NCBI GenBank assembly: GCA_028282295.1
Contig: JANQIE010000085.1
Location: 11,909-75,908 of the forward strand
Origin: Desulfobacterales bacterium
Lineage (GTDB): Bacteria; Desulfobacterota; Desulfobacteria; Desulfobacterales; JANQIE01
Length of the DNA: 64,000 bases
Reading direction: 5' to 3'
This document shows, piece by piece, positions 8,664-22,523 of the stretch; the stretch's first letter is position 1, and every line of letters begins with the position of its first letter. A program made the translations under genes and the position numbers. The notes under the pieces are model-generated. The model worked only from the letters and a program-made list of their open reading frames with translations, was not told where the DNA came from and ran no database searches.

Positions 8664-9827
8664 TTATTGGGTGTTGTGCACGATGGTTTCAATCACCGCC
8701 CGGCGGTGGTTACAATGCAGCGGCCGATAAACCGGGGCGTCTTTTTTACCGGGTGTCAGGGTACCCCAGGCGGCATGCAGCCCCAACGCCCGCGCGCCGT
8801 GGCAGGTGGCCATGGCAAACAACACGGCCGGGTCGACCTGCTGATAGGACCGGGCGGCAAAGGCCAACTCGTCCCACATGCTAAGCGACCGCACGCTCGC
8901 CAAACTGTCGGTGCCCAACGCCGGTTGCAAGCCCGCGGCCAGCATGCGTTGCAGGTCTGGCAACCGCTGGTGCAGATTTTGATTGCTGCGCGGGCAGAGG
9001 CAAACCGCCGTTTGTCTATTTGCCAGAACCGCTATGTCCGTATCGTCGGCGTGCAGGGCATGAACCACCAGGGTGTCGCGATCCAGCAGGCCGAGCCGGT
9101 CCAGGTACTGGATAGGCGAGGCCGCCGGTAGCGGCCAGTCGTCGTGATCGATCCCGCGCGACTTTATGAAATCGCTCCAGGCGCCCTGGCCGGTGGTGAT
9201 GAATGCCGTCTCGGCGGCGGATTCGGACACGTGAATTGCCATGGGGCGTTTTTGCTGCTGTGTTATCGCCTTGATTTTTTGCAGCAGTTTCGGTGCAGTC
9301 GTGTGCGGGGCGTGCCCGGCCAGCGAAGTGGTGACAAGCCCGGTGTCCGGTTGCCGGTCCCCAAATGAGGCCGTCGTCCCCAAATGCTCCTGAAACCGGA
9401 TACCGGCCAAACCGGACTGCTCCATGGCCGGTCCACTCAATCCCAAGGTCGAAACGTCGCCCACGACCCGGCAACCCGATGCATACAATCCCTTGGCGGC
9501 CCCGGCAGCCCCGGCGGCAAGGTCCTGACGGTTGACGGTTTCACGTTGGGCGAGCAGCTCGCGCACCCAGGTTTCGAATCCTTGCGTCCGGCAAACCTGG
9601 CCGTGAAGGGCACTGAGTTCCAAATGGGTGTGTGTGTTGACCAGACCGGGGGTCAGGATACCCGGGCCATGGTCGACTACCCGGACACCTGAAGGCCCGT
9701 GCCCTTTGCCAACATCGACAATGCGGCCGTTGACGGCATGGATGTAACCGGTTTCGATGATGATTTCCGGTGTTGCCACAACCCATCCGGCTTTATGAAC
9801 CCTTGCGTGTAAATGGTTGGTTTCCAT
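8664..9827 (-). CDS. Amidohydrolase, probable aminodeoxyfutalosine deaminase
   Basis: PGLVNTHTHLE, HAPH, HVSES, CPRSN, GTDS metal-hydrolase motifs; lies between mqnC and mqnA. Confidence 0.75.
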   Translation of the reverse strand: METNHLHARVHKAGWVVATPEIIIETGYIHAVNGRIVDVGKGHGPSGVRVVDHGPGILTPGLVNTHTHLELSALHGQVCRTQGFETWVRELLAQRETVNRQDLAAGAAGAAKGLYASGCRVVGDVSTLGLSGPAMEQSGLAGIRFQEHLGTTASFGDRQPDTGLVTTSLAGHAPHTTAPKLLQKIKAITQQQKRPMAIHVSESAAETAFITTGQGAWSDFIKSRGIDHDDWPLPAASPIQYLDRLGLLDRDTLVVHALHADDTDIAVLANRQTAVCLCPRSNQNLHQRLPDLQRMLAAGLQPALGTDSLASVRSLSMWDELAFAARSYQQVDPAVLFAMATCHGARALGLHAAWGTLTPGKKDAPVYRPLHCNHRRAVIETIVHNTQ

Positions 9828-9834
9828 GCGTTGC

Positions 9835-10902
<1,068 letters not shown>

Positions 10903-10909
10903 GATCTGC

Positions 10910-12028
10910 CTATTCGATGCCGCCCGCGCGGACCGTTGGCCCGGTGGTGGCGACCGGTTGATAAAAAGAATCGCGTTGCACCGGCTTAAAACCGGCCTTG
11001 GCGATTAAACGGCGCAGTTGTGACGGGTTCAAGCCCTTGGCGGTGACGGCGCCGGCAGTGTGGGTGATTTTTTCCTCGATAATGGTGCCGTCCAGGTCGT
11101 CGGCGCCGAAGGCCAGCGCGGTCTGCGCCGTTTTCTCGCCGATCATGACCCAGTAGGCTTTGATATGCGCGAAATTGTCCAATATCAGCCGGGCGATGGC
11201 CACGGCTTTTAAATCGTCGAAACCGGTGGTGGGGTGCAGGTGGCTTAAACCGGTGTTGGCGGCGTGAAACGCCAGCGGGATAAACGCTGAGAAACCGTTG
11301 GTTTCGCTCTGCAAGCTGCGCAGGCGCAGCAGGTGTTCGACGCGTTCGGCGTCGGTTTCGATGTGTCCGTAAAGCATGGTGGCGTTGGCGCTCAGGCCGG
11401 CCCGGTGTACCGCGCGCATGACTTCCAGCCAGCGGCGGTAGCCGATTTTGCGGGGAAACAGCCGGTCGTGGATGCGGTCGCTCATGACTTCGGCGCCCCC
11501 CCCCGGCAACATGGCTAAGCCCGCCGCCTTGAGCCGGGCGATGGTTGCATCCAGGCCGAGCCTGGATATGGCGGCCAAGTGGTCGATTTCCACGGCGGTG
11601 AAGGCTTTAATGGTGGCTTTGGGCCGAATCTCACGAATGGTCGCCAGCAGGTCAAGATAGTAGGTGAGGGGTAATTCCGGGTTCAGGCCGCCCACCACAT
11701 GGATTTCAGTGATCGGTTCATCAATGCGGGACAGCAGTTTGGCGCGAACGGCCTCACGATCCAGGGTGAAGGTGTCAGGGGCGTCCTGATCCTGTCCGTA
11801 GGCGCAAAATTTGCAGCGGTTTGCGCAGATATTGGTATAGTTGAGGTGCTGGTTGTAAACGAAATAGGCGCGGTTGCCGTGACGTCGGCGGCGCATGAAG
11901 TCGGCCATGCGGCCGATGCCGATGATGTCGTTGCTGCGGTAAAGCCGGAGGCCGTCCTCGAAATCGAGGGACCGGTCTGCGTGTACTTTTTCAAATATCG
12001 GCAGCAGATGTTTGTCGAGAACCTGCAT
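10910..12028 (-). CDS. mqnE: Aminofutalosine synthase (radical SAM)
   Basis: NQHLNYTNICANRCKFC, EIHVVGG, KAFTAVEI, HIKAYWVM, DDLDGTIIEEKI. Confidence 0.95.
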   Translation of the reverse strand: MQVLDKHLLPIFEKVHADRSLDFEDGLRLYRSNDIIGIGRMADFMRRRRHGNRAYFVYNQHLNYTNICANRCKFCAYGQDQDAPDTFTLDREAVRAKLLSRIDEPITEIHVVGGLNPELPLTYYLDLLATIREIRPKATIKAFTAVEIDHLAAISRLGLDATIARLKAAGLAMLPGGGAEVMSDRIHDRLFPRKIGYRRWLEVMRAVHRAGLSANATMLYGHIETDAERVEHLLRLRSLQSETNGFSAFIPLAFHAANTGLSHLHPTTGFDDLKAVAIARLILDNFAHIKAYWVMIGEKTAQTALAFGADDLDGTIIEEKITHTAGAVTAKGLNPSQLRRLIAKAGFKPVQRDSFYQPVATTGPTVRAGGIE

Positions 12029-12228
12029 GTTCTTTTTATTATTACAATTATTGGATAGATAGTGTTGGCCCCGGAAAAGTGACCAGGTGGTCATTTAATA
12101 GCGGCAACAGTCCGGTTTGGCAAGCTTTTTATTGACTTTCAAAGGGGCCGACGAAATTATAGATGCCTTCAAAAGCGAGTCGTGCTAATCTGTTCCTGCA
12201 CACGCTGTGATTATAAGAGGTAATATCC

Positions 12229-13425
12229 ATGACCGACCCCTTCAAAACCCGTGATTGCTGCCCGTCGAAATCTTCGGCTGGCGGCTGTGAAACGTCCACC
12301 ATATCGCTGATGGATCATATGCCGTCCAATGAACCCTGTTGCGGACCGGATCTGGCGTGCGCTAGCCGTCCGGATGAAAGACCGGGCTACATTCTGTGGC
12401 ATTTTGTCGATAAATTTATTCGCACCCCTGCCGGGCCGGTGCCGCAGGTGCAAACCCAATTGACGCGCCGGGATGTGCGCGGCAATCTGGCGGTGCGACT
12501 GGGCATTAATCGATTTGAGTACAAGGTGGCCCCGGGGCTATATTGCGTTGGAACCCCCGGAGCGGAGGCCCCGGTGGTGGTGACCGCCAATTATAAGCTG
12601 ACTTTCGATGCGGTGCGCCGGTCCCTGCATTGCCGGGATGCCTGGATTCTGGTGCTGGAAACGCATGGTATCAATGTCTGGTGCGCGGCGGGCAAAGGGA
12701 CGTTCGGCACCCAGGAGATCATTCGACGCGTCAAGGCCACTGAATTGGCACAGGTGGTAAACCACCGCCGTTTGATCGTGCCGCAATTGGGTGCGGTGGG
12801 GGTTGCGGCTCACCTGGTCAGCAAGGGCTGCGGTTTCAAGGTGATCTGGGGACCGGTTCGCGCCGAGGATTTAAATGAATTTCTCGCCGCTGGCAACAAG
12901 GCCGGCCCGCAAATGCGCAAGGTGACTTTTACTCTGTGGGAACGGTTGGTGCTTGTGCCGGTGGAAATCAATAACCTGGGCCGGCATTTGTTGTGGCTGA
13001 CACTAGCCCTTTTCGTCCTGTCGGGTATCGGCGGCGGCATATTTTCAATCACCGCCGCTCTTGAAAGGTCTGTCATGGGGTTGGCGGCGGTTGCTGCGGG
13101 CATCCTTGCCGGCGCCGTGGCCGCGCCGGTATTGTTGCCCTGGCTTCCGGGCCGCGCCTTTGCGGTAAAAGGGACGGTGACCGGCGCCGTTGCGGGACTG
13201 CTTGTGTTGATATTGTTCTGGGCGCGGGCCGGCACGCTGGAGCTGCTGGCGTTGCTGTGTTTCACTGTTGCGCTGAGCAGTTTTCTGGCGATGAATTTTA
13301 CCGGGTCGACACCGTTTACGTCGCCCACCGGCGTTGAAAAAGAGATGCGCAAGGCAATACCGGTGCAACTGTTGGCGGTTGGGTTGTCGGCCGTGGCCTG
13401 GATCGGGGCGGGTTTCGCAGGGTAG
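12229..13425 (+). CDS. hgcA: Mercury methylation corrinoid protein HgcA
   Basis: Cap-helix motif GINVWCAAGKGTFG, TANYKLTFD, C-terminal TM helices ending MNFTGSTPFTSPTGVEKEM; GAGG RBS. Confidence 0.96.
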   Translation: MTDPFKTRDCCPSKSSAGGCETSTISLMDHMPSNEPCCGPDLACASRPDERPGYILWHFVDKFIRTPAGPVPQVQTQLTRRDVRGNLAVRLGINRFEYKVAPGLYCVGTPGAEAPVVVTANYKLTFDAVRRSLHCRDAWILVLETHGINVWCAAGKGTFGTQEIIRRVKATELAQVVNHRRLIVPQLGAVGVAAHLVSKGCGFKVIWGPVRAEDLNEFLAAGNKAGPQMRKVTFTLWERLVLVPVEINNLGRHLLWLTLALFVLSGIGGGIFSITAALERSVMGLAAVAAGILAGAVAAPVLLPWLPGRAFAVKGTVTGAVAGLLVLILFWARAGTLELLALLCFTVALSSFLAMNFTGSTPFTSPTGVEKEMRKAIPVQLLAVGLSAVAWIGAGFAG

Positions 13426-13489
13426 GATCGCCGGAATCAGAATGTTGCCCCCTCTACCATATAAGAATAGAAGAAAGGGATAATGGAAG

Positions 13490-13780
13490 ATGCAGCGATT
13501 TCGCTATTTACCGGAGGTAACCACCTTGAAATTGAATGCCGGGGCCTGCGTTGGTTGCGGCATGTGCGAGGCGGTCTGTCCGCACACGGTTTTCGCCGTC
13601 CATGAGCGCAAGGCCCGGATCGTTGATCTGGACGGCTGCATGGAGTGCGGCGCCTGTGCCATCAATTGTCCTGCTGAGGCGATCACGGTAACGCCGGGTG
13701 TTGGTTGTGCCGGCTACATCATCCAATCCTGGATCAAAGGCAAGGAAAATGCCGCTTGCGGCGGACCGGGATGTTGTTGA
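13490..13780 (+). CDS. hgcB: Mercury methylation ferredoxin HgcB
   Basis: CVGCGMCEAVCP and CMECGACAINCP (2x[4Fe-4S]), GVGCA, terminal CC; directly after hgcA. Confidence 0.96.
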   Translation: MQRFRYLPEVTTLKLNAGACVGCGMCEAVCPHTVFAVHERKARIVDLDGCMECGACAINCPAEAITVTPGVGCAGYIIQSWIKGKENAACGGPGCC

Positions 13781-14020
13781 TTCGAACGTGTCAATTGGGT
13801 GCGGTGGTTGGATGAAATTTTGATGTCCTGTACGCACCCACGGCGCACTGTCCGGTCCTTTATTTCATTTATTTCATTTTATTCGCTTCGGTCCTGTACA
13901 ACTTCTGATTTTGTCATTTGTTCCACTCCTTTTGAGCCGACCATTCATTTCCCGCGACCGAATTCAATCCATTGGCGACCGCCGGTAAGCGGTGTCACTA
14001 AATTGTTAGTCGGAGGAGCT

Positions 14021-14764
14021 ATGTGGAAATACCTGGTGTTGAGTATTTGCATTTGGGGGTCTATTGGGATTTTACCGAGTGATACCGGCGCGTTTGATCT
14101 GGAGATCGTGACGGAGGAGTGGGCACCGTATAATTACAAGAATGGTGACGTGTTGACCGGATTTTCGGTGGAGATCGTTCGCGCCATTATTGCCGAGTTG
14201 GGCGAGAAACATGAAATTCATCTATATCCGCCGGCGCGAAGCTCCATGATGATTGAGAAAATGCCGAATGTGATGAAATTCTCATGGTTCCGCACACCGG
14301 CGCGGGAGAAAAATTTCAAATGGATCGGTCCCATTTCCCAGGATGCGGTCTATTTTTACAAGAAAAAAGGGGACCAGCGGGTCTTCAAGACAATCGAGGA
14401 TATCAAGCGCGCCGACAATATTACGGTTCCGCATCGCGGTCTCATTTTGAAGCATGTTGAGGCGCTTGGAATTACGAACATTACCAAAATCCCCAACAAG
14501 GAGGGGCAATTTCTGCACCTGTTTCGGGGTGAAGCGGATCTTTGCGTCAATTCAACTCCCCTGGGCATTGCCTACTATCTCGAAATGTTGAACATGCCTG
14601 CGGATGCCCTGGTGCAAACCCAGGTGAAGTTGTTGGAATTTCCGCTTTACATCGCGTGTTCCAAGGCGATTCCTGATAGTGTGGTCACCAAATGGCAAGA
14701 AGCGTTGGATCGCGTCAAGGCGTCAGGGCAATATAAGCGGATTTATGATAAGTATCTGAACTAG
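14021..14764 (+). CDS. Periplasmic substrate-binding protein (amino-acid-type, family 3), orphan
   Basis: GGAGG RBS, signal peptide, EEWAPYNY..G.LTGFSVEIV, RTPAREKNFKWIGP. Confidence 0.82.
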   Translation: MWKYLVLSICIWGSIGILPSDTGAFDLEIVTEEWAPYNYKNGDVLTGFSVEIVRAIIAELGEKHEIHLYPPARSSMMIEKMPNVMKFSWFRTPAREKNFKWIGPISQDAVYFYKKKGDQRVFKTIEDIKRADNITVPHRGLILKHVEALGITNITKIPNKEGQFLHLFRGEADLCVNSTPLGIAYYLEMLNMPADALVQTQVKLLEFPLYIACSKAIPDSVVTKWQEALDRVKASGQYKRIYDKYLN

Positions 14765-17488
<2,724 letters not shown>

Positions 17489-17599
17489 TTCAGAATCATC
17501 ATGACGAGATTATATTTCACAGCCTGTTCAGCATGAAATCCATAATTTCTGTTTGAACTCGATTTAAGTAGGGAGTGAAGGTGTTGTGTCTTGTAGACC

Positions 17600-17702
17600 T
17601 GCGTTGCGCCGGTGAAAACCGGAATCCGGATCCATGGTCCGGGATCCCCTCCAGGATCCCCCCCCAAGATCATCATAGATATCGGATCGAGCCCGGCATG
17701 AC
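17600..17702. repeat. Degenerate REP-like cluster
   Basis: ccggtgaaaaccggaatccgg ... ggatcgagcccggcatgac; same family as 3126 and 6855. Confidence 0.45.
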
Positions 17703-18008
17703 AAACAGATTTTTGATATATTTTTTGAATTACACCTCGATCTCTTGCGCCGGCATGGCGCTCAAGTCACTACGCCCTCTGACCTATTGCACACGTAATA
17801 TATCGTCCTCAAACCGACTTATCTTGAACCACGAGCCGCGCACGGGTGCCAGTGAAAACAACATCGCACCTTGGGTATCGATATGTTTCGTCCGGCTATT
17901 TTGTTTTTCGGGGTAGAAAAGCGATGATGATTTCCATGCGTGGGTGGTGGGAATAACAAACACGGAAATTCGAACCGCAACCGATCACAAGCCGCGGCGA
18001 GGCGGCCC

Positions 18009-20303
18009 TTATTCGCTCGGCCCTTTTTCACCCGGCCCTTTGTAACCGCACTCTTTATCCATGCACATTAAAAAAGTGCCCTCCCTTTTGGTGGTTTTTT
18101 CCAGTAGGAAACTCGCCTTGCAAACCGGGCAGGGAGTCGGCACCGGTTTATCCCAGGAGGCAAAATCGCAGCCGGGATATTTGTTGCAGCCATAAAAAAC
18201 TTTGCCGCGCCGGGATCTTTTTTCGACCACGTCGCCCTTGCAATCCGGCCGGGGGCAGGTTACCCCGGTACTGTTGCCGGCACCGTTGTTGCTGAGTGAT
18301 TCGGTTTTCTTGCAATCCGGATAACCGCTGCAGGCGATAAATTTGCCGTAGCGTCCCTGTTTGATCACCATCGGTTTGCCGCAGTTCGGGCAGGTTTTGT
18401 CGGTGGCCTCTTCCTCGGCCACCTGCACGACCTGGACGGTCCCTTTTTCGTCACGGGTGTAATCGCTGGAAAAATTGCATTCCGGATAACCGCTGCATGC
18501 CAGGAACAGGCCGTTGCGGCCCATTTTGATGTGAAGCTGCTTTTGGCATTTGGGGCACTCAAGGCCGGTGGGCACACCGACCGCCTTCATGCTCTGCATC
18601 CCCTCGGCGGCTTTTTCGAGATCCGCCTTAAATGGCTGGTAGAAAAGTCGCAACAGATTCAGAGAGTTCATGTCGGCCGACTCAATGCGGTCAAGATCGG
18701 TTTCCATCTTGGCGGTAAAATCGACGTTGAACAGATGGGGGAAATTGGCCACCAACAAATCGTTGACAATAAACCCGAGTTCGGTGGGGTGAAAATACCC
18801 CTTGAGGAGTTCCACGTAGCCCTTGTCGCGAATTGTGGATAAAATACTGGCATAGGTGCTGGGCCGGCCGATGCCGTTTTCCTCCAGTTCCTTGACCAGC
18901 GACGCCTCGGAAAAACGGGGCGGCGGCATGGTAAAGTGCTGCTTGGGGTCGATTTTCTGAACCTTCAAAATATCGCCGACCGTCAGCTCCGGCAGGCGCG
19001 GTTTCTTCTTTTCCATTTCGCTTTGAATCTCTTCATCGGCCGAGAGATAAAGCTTCATGAAACCGGGAAACTTGATGGATGAGCCGCTGGCGTTGAACGT
19101 ATACGCACCGGCTTTGACGGCCACGCTGATCTGGTTGATCAGCGCTTGTTGCATTTGCGAGGCGACAAAACGATTCCAGATCAGACGGTACAGCTTGATT
19201 TGATCCTGACTCAAATAAGGAGCCACTTTTTTCGGAGTGTTGAACACCGAGGTTGGCCGAATGGCCTCGTGGGCGTCCTGCACCTTGTTCTTGTTTTTAA
19301 AATAGCGCGGCTTTTTAAGGGCGTAGTCGTCGCCGTAGTTTTGTTTGATCAGGTCCTGGGCCTCGAGGGCGGCTTCCTGCGAAATACGGGTGGAGTCGGT
19401 TCGCATGTAGGTGATCAACCCCACCGGTTCGCCCGGCCCCAGATCGATCCCTTCATATAGCTGTTGCGCCACAATCATCGTTTTTTTGGCTGAAAAGCGT
19501 AGCTTGCGGATCGATTCCTGCTGTAATTTACTGGTGGTGAACGGGGGTTGGGGATTCCGTTTGGTGGTTTTTTTGAGGACCTTGTCGACGGTAAACGCGG
19601 CTTTTTCCAGATCGGCCAGGATTTTTTTGGCTGCCGCCTCATTGGGAATCTTGATTTTCTTGTCGTCCTTGCGGACCAGTTTGGCCGGGAAGGGTGGGGG
19701 CGTTCGGCCTTCCAAATGGGCGGTCATCGACCAGTATTCTTCCGGTTCAAATGCCTGGATCGCGCGTTCACGTTCGCAAATGACCCGCACGGCCACCGAT
19801 TGGACCCGCCCGGCGCTTAACCCGCCTTTGACTTTACGCCACAGCAGCGGTGACACCTGGTACCCCACCAGCCGATCCAGAATACGCCGGGCCTGTTGGG
19901 CTTCATATTTGTTCTTGTCCAGGATCAGAGGTTTGGTCATGGCTTCCTGGATGGCCTTTTTGGTCAGTTCGTGAAACAGCACCCGATGAAAATTGCGGCC
20001 TTTTTTCTTGAGCACATCGGCGGTATGCCAGGCAATCGCCTCGCCTTCGCGGTCCGGGTCGGGGGCCAGGTAGATGTCGGCAGCGTTGCCGGCCGCCTTT
20101 TTCAAGGCGCTGATCACCTTTTGTTTGCCGGGGATACTGCGATATTTCGGTTTGAAGTCGTTTTCAATATCAATCCCGATTTCCTTGGTCGGCAGATCCT
20201 TGATATGCCCCACGGTGGCGGCAATATTAAAATCTTTGCCGAGGTATTTTTTGATGGTGCGTACTTTGGTGGGTGACTCTACAACAACAAGTGGTTTGCT
20301 CAC
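18009..20303 (-). CDS. topA: DNA topoisomerase I
   Basis: VVVESPTK, DPDREGEAIAWH, SAGRVQS, ITYMRTDS, C-terminal Zn ribbons. Confidence 0.97.
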   Translation of the reverse strand: MSKPLVVVESPTKVRTIKKYLGKDFNIAATVGHIKDLPTKEIGIDIENDFKPKYRSIPGKQKVISALKKAAGNAADIYLAPDPDREGEAIAWHTADVLKKKGRNFHRVLFHELTKKAIQEAMTKPLILDKNKYEAQQARRILDRLVGYQVSPLLWRKVKGGLSAGRVQSVAVRVICERERAIQAFEPEEYWSMTAHLEGRTPPPFPAKLVRKDDKKIKIPNEAAAKKILADLEKAAFTVDKVLKKTTKRNPQPPFTTSKLQQESIRKLRFSAKKTMIVAQQLYEGIDLGPGEPVGLITYMRTDSTRISQEAALEAQDLIKQNYGDDYALKKPRYFKNKNKVQDAHEAIRPTSVFNTPKKVAPYLSQDQIKLYRLIWNRFVASQMQQALINQISVAVKAGAYTFNASGSSIKFPGFMKLYLSADEEIQSEMEKKKPRLPELTVGDILKVQKIDPKQHFTMPPPRFSEASLVKELEENGIGRPSTYASILSTIRDKGYVELLKGYFHPTELGFIVNDLLVANFPHLFNVDFTAKMETDLDRIESADMNSLNLLRLFYQPFKADLEKAAEGMQSMKAVGVPTGLECPKCQKQLHIKMGRNGLFLACSGYPECNFSSDYTRDEKGTVQVVQVAEEEATDKTCPNCGKPMVIKQGRYGKFIACSGYPDCKKTESLSNNGAGNSTGVTCPRPDCKGDVVEKRSRRGKVFYGCNKYPGCDFASWDKPVPTPCPVCKASFLLEKTTKREGTFLMCMDKECGYKGPGEKGPSE

Positions 20304-20322
20304 GACGGTCCTCTTTTATGCT

Positions 20323-21465
20323 TCAACGTGATGCCTGGTTTTCACGGACAAAATGTTTGCCCGGTAGTTGGTTAATATAACCATTGATTTCAAGGTCGAG
20401 CAAAATTTCGGATAATTTTGCAGGCGCCAAGCCGGTTAAGCGTGTCAGTTCATCGATATGAATCGCATAGGGTTCCAGCGCGTCGAGGACGCGCAATTGG
20501 TCGGCCGGCAGCCCCTTGTCCGGCGGCGTGCCGGCAGCGGGCGCCGGTTCTTCATTGCGTAGCGACGCCAGCACGGCCGGTTCGATTTGCGGCATCAATT
20601 CATCCAGAATGTCCCGGCCGTTCTCAATCAGTTTGGCGCCTTCGCGGATCAAGCGATGCGTGCCGCTGCTGCTTTGGGACTGAATGCTGCCGGGCACAGC
20701 GAACACCTCCCGATTTTGCTCCATGGCCAAGCGCGCCGTGATCAAAGATCCGCTTTTTTGCGCCGCTTCCACGATGACGGTTCCCATGGTCATGCCGCTG
20801 ATGATGCGGTTACGCTGGGGAAAATGGAACGGTTCCGGCGCGGCGTTCATGGGAAATTCGCTGACCACCGCGCCGTTTGCGGCGATCTGCTTGAACAAGG
20901 CGCGGTTTTGGGGTGGATATATCCGATCCAAACCACTGCCCAAAACCGTTATAGTCCGCCCTTGGGCGGCTAATGCGCCATTGTGGGCGGCGGTATCGAT
21001 GCCGCGCGCACCGCCGCTGACAATGGTGAAACCGGCCCCGGCCAGTTCGCCGGCCAATTGATGCGCGTTTTTCAAGCCGTAGCGCGTGGCCTTGCGCGAT
21101 CCCACAATGGCTGCGGCCGGCTCCAGGTTCTCCAACGTCCCCTCGACGTACAGAATCGGCGGCGGGTCCGGAATCCGTTGCAGCAGGAGCGGATATTGCG
21201 GTGAATCCAGGGTGACCAACCGGCAGCCACAATCCCGTACACGGTCAAGATCCCGACGGACGGCGTCACTTGCCCGGGGCTTTCGTAGCGCATTTGCCAG
21301 ACGCACCGATACCCCTTTCACACGGCCAAGTGCGTCGCGGTCGGCGCAAAAAATATTCTGCGGCGTTTTAAACTGTTCAATTAGTCGTTTTATTAGATAG
21401 TTACCGACGCCCGGAATACTCTTCAGAATCAGCCAGGCCAGCTCCGGCTCCATACGTGACTGCAA
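20323..21465 (-). CDS. dprA: DNA-processing protein DprA
   Basis: AIVGSRKAT.YG, VSGGARGIDTAAH, FPQRNRIISG, SGSLITA; alternative ATG start at 21453. Confidence 0.95.
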   Translation of the reverse strand: MQSRMEPELAWLILKSIPGVGNYLIKRLIEQFKTPQNIFCADRDALGRVKGVSVRLANALRKPRASDAVRRDLDRVRDCGCRLVTLDSPQYPLLLQRIPDPPPILYVEGTLENLEPAAAIVGSRKATRYGLKNAHQLAGELAGAGFTIVSGGARGIDTAAHNGALAAQGRTITVLGSGLDRIYPPQNRALFKQIAANGAVVSEFPMNAAPEPFHFPQRNRIISGMTMGTVIVEAAQKSGSLITARLAMEQNREVFAVPGSIQSQSSSGTHRLIREGAKLIENGRDILDELMPQIEPAVLASLRNEEPAPAAGTPPDKGLPADQLRVLDALEPYAIHIDELTRLTGLAPAKLSEILLDLEINGYINQLPGKHFVRENQASR

Positions 21466-21494
21466 ATTTGTTGCCTATCCTTGATGAGATTATC

Positions 21495-21540
21495 AAAAAA
21501 AATAAAAAAGAACCTTCTTCCGGCGAGGGGGAGAAGGTCG
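21495..21540 (-). terminator. Putative intrinsic terminator between the AT-rich insert and dprA
   Basis: accttct...agaaggt stem followed by long T tracts on the minus strand. Confidence 0.5.
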
Positions 21541-21582
21541 TTGTGAGGGCAAGTTGTTGTTTGTCATGAAAACCATTAAAAT

Positions 21583-21669
21583 CAATTAAGAATTATGAAT
21601 TGGGAATTAAGAATCGCGGTTGGCCGTCATGATAAAAACGAGTACTATCCGTTGTTCTTAATTCTTAAT
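21583..21669. repeat. AATTAAG-type heptamer repeats with an inverted partner
   Basis: aattaag aattatg aattggg aattaag ... ttcttaattcttaat. Confidence 0.55.
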
Positions 21670-21711
21670 GTTGACGACTAAACGATTCAGTCAGGCCGGC
21701 AATCATTTAAA

Positions 21712-22017
21712 TCAGCGGTGCGGTTTTTTGCGCCCGCTGGGTTTGTGTTTGAGCATGTCTTGTGTCCGCGACCAAACATATTGCGACAGCAAAGTGATAA
21801 TGATGACAAATAGTAATGAAAGTGTAAGCATGTATAATAATTCGAAGTCGGATAATTCCTCACCATTTGCAATGTCGAAAAGGCTTGTGAGCCAGATTGA
21901 GGTTTTTTCCGGAGGGCGCGGAAACATGTCCGGATGTTTACCCCAGAAATAAACCAATGAGAAGGTTGCTCCGATAATCCAAGTTCCAACAAAAAATTTT
22001 TTGATGGACGGCTTCAT
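21712..22017 (-). CDS. Small two-TM membrane protein, possible immunity/partner of the DUF2778 protein
   Basis: Two hydrophobic segments; 4-bp overlap with upstream gene; AT-rich. Confidence 0.6.
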   Translation of the reverse strand: MKPSIKKFFVGTWIIGATFSLVYFWGKHPDMFPRPPEKTSIWLTSLFDIANGEELSDFELLYMLTLSLLFVIIITLLSQYVWSRTQDMLKHKPSGRKKPHR

Positions 22018-22523
22018 CTAACCGTCACCTTGCCGTAGGCTTCCAAACCCACTTCCGGTATGGTAACAGTCTCACTTCCTTTTAAAATTGTTCGCAAAAA
22101 ATTGTAGTCAGATTGTTTTTCAATGACAATACATCCATAGCTTAGTCCCAAAGGTCCTTTGGGGTGAAGCCTAAATTTTCCTCTTTTTACCAAGTTACAA
22201 TAAGTTTCATCATCGATTTTTTCATCAATTGCGTATAATGCAAACCATTCGTCCCTGCCTGTGAATAAATCTCGCAACGGACCGAGGAGACCTCCGGATT
22301 GTCTATCGAAGATATAATAAGAACCTGGTGGAATGGGTCCTAAATTGGGTAGACAGACTGAAATTCTTCGATTTCTATGTTCGCCGACACCTGAGAATGC
22401 TGCAAATTTTGTCACTCCAGCTTGGAAAACACTCATGAATTCATTGTTTAGTGTGAATGAACAATTAACCAATCTATTTCTCTTTTCATTTAATGGTGCT
22501 TCAAGTTTATTATCCAATGCCAT
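22014..22523 (-). CDS. DUF2778 / Tlde1-like L,D-transpeptidase-fold protein
   Basis: AFSG.G, GPIPPGSYYIFDRQSGG, WFALY..D..IDD, RGKFRLHPKG...SYGCI; start may be a downstream TTG. Confidence 0.8.
   Translation of the reverse strand: MALDNKLEAPLNEKRNRLVNCSFTLNNEFMSVFQAGVTKFAAFSGVGEHRNRRISVCLPNLGPIPPGSYYIFDRQSGGLLGPLRDLFTGRDEWFALYAIDEKIDDETYCNLVKRGKFRLHPKGPLGLSYGCIVIEKQSDYNFLRTILKGSETVTIPEVGLEAYGKVTVR

Noticed and set aside
13879-13917. 12-aa minus-strand ORF MTKSEVVQDRSE with an AGGAG RBS
   Set aside because: Too short, no informative composition and no downstream gene on that strand
13778-14020. The hgcB TGA is in frame with an open stretch running into the SBP gene (possible Sec read-through or fusion)
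   Set aside because: The SBP has its own GGAGG RBS and signal peptide at 14021, HgcB ends in the canonical CC, and no SECIS-like hairpin is evident; most likely chance
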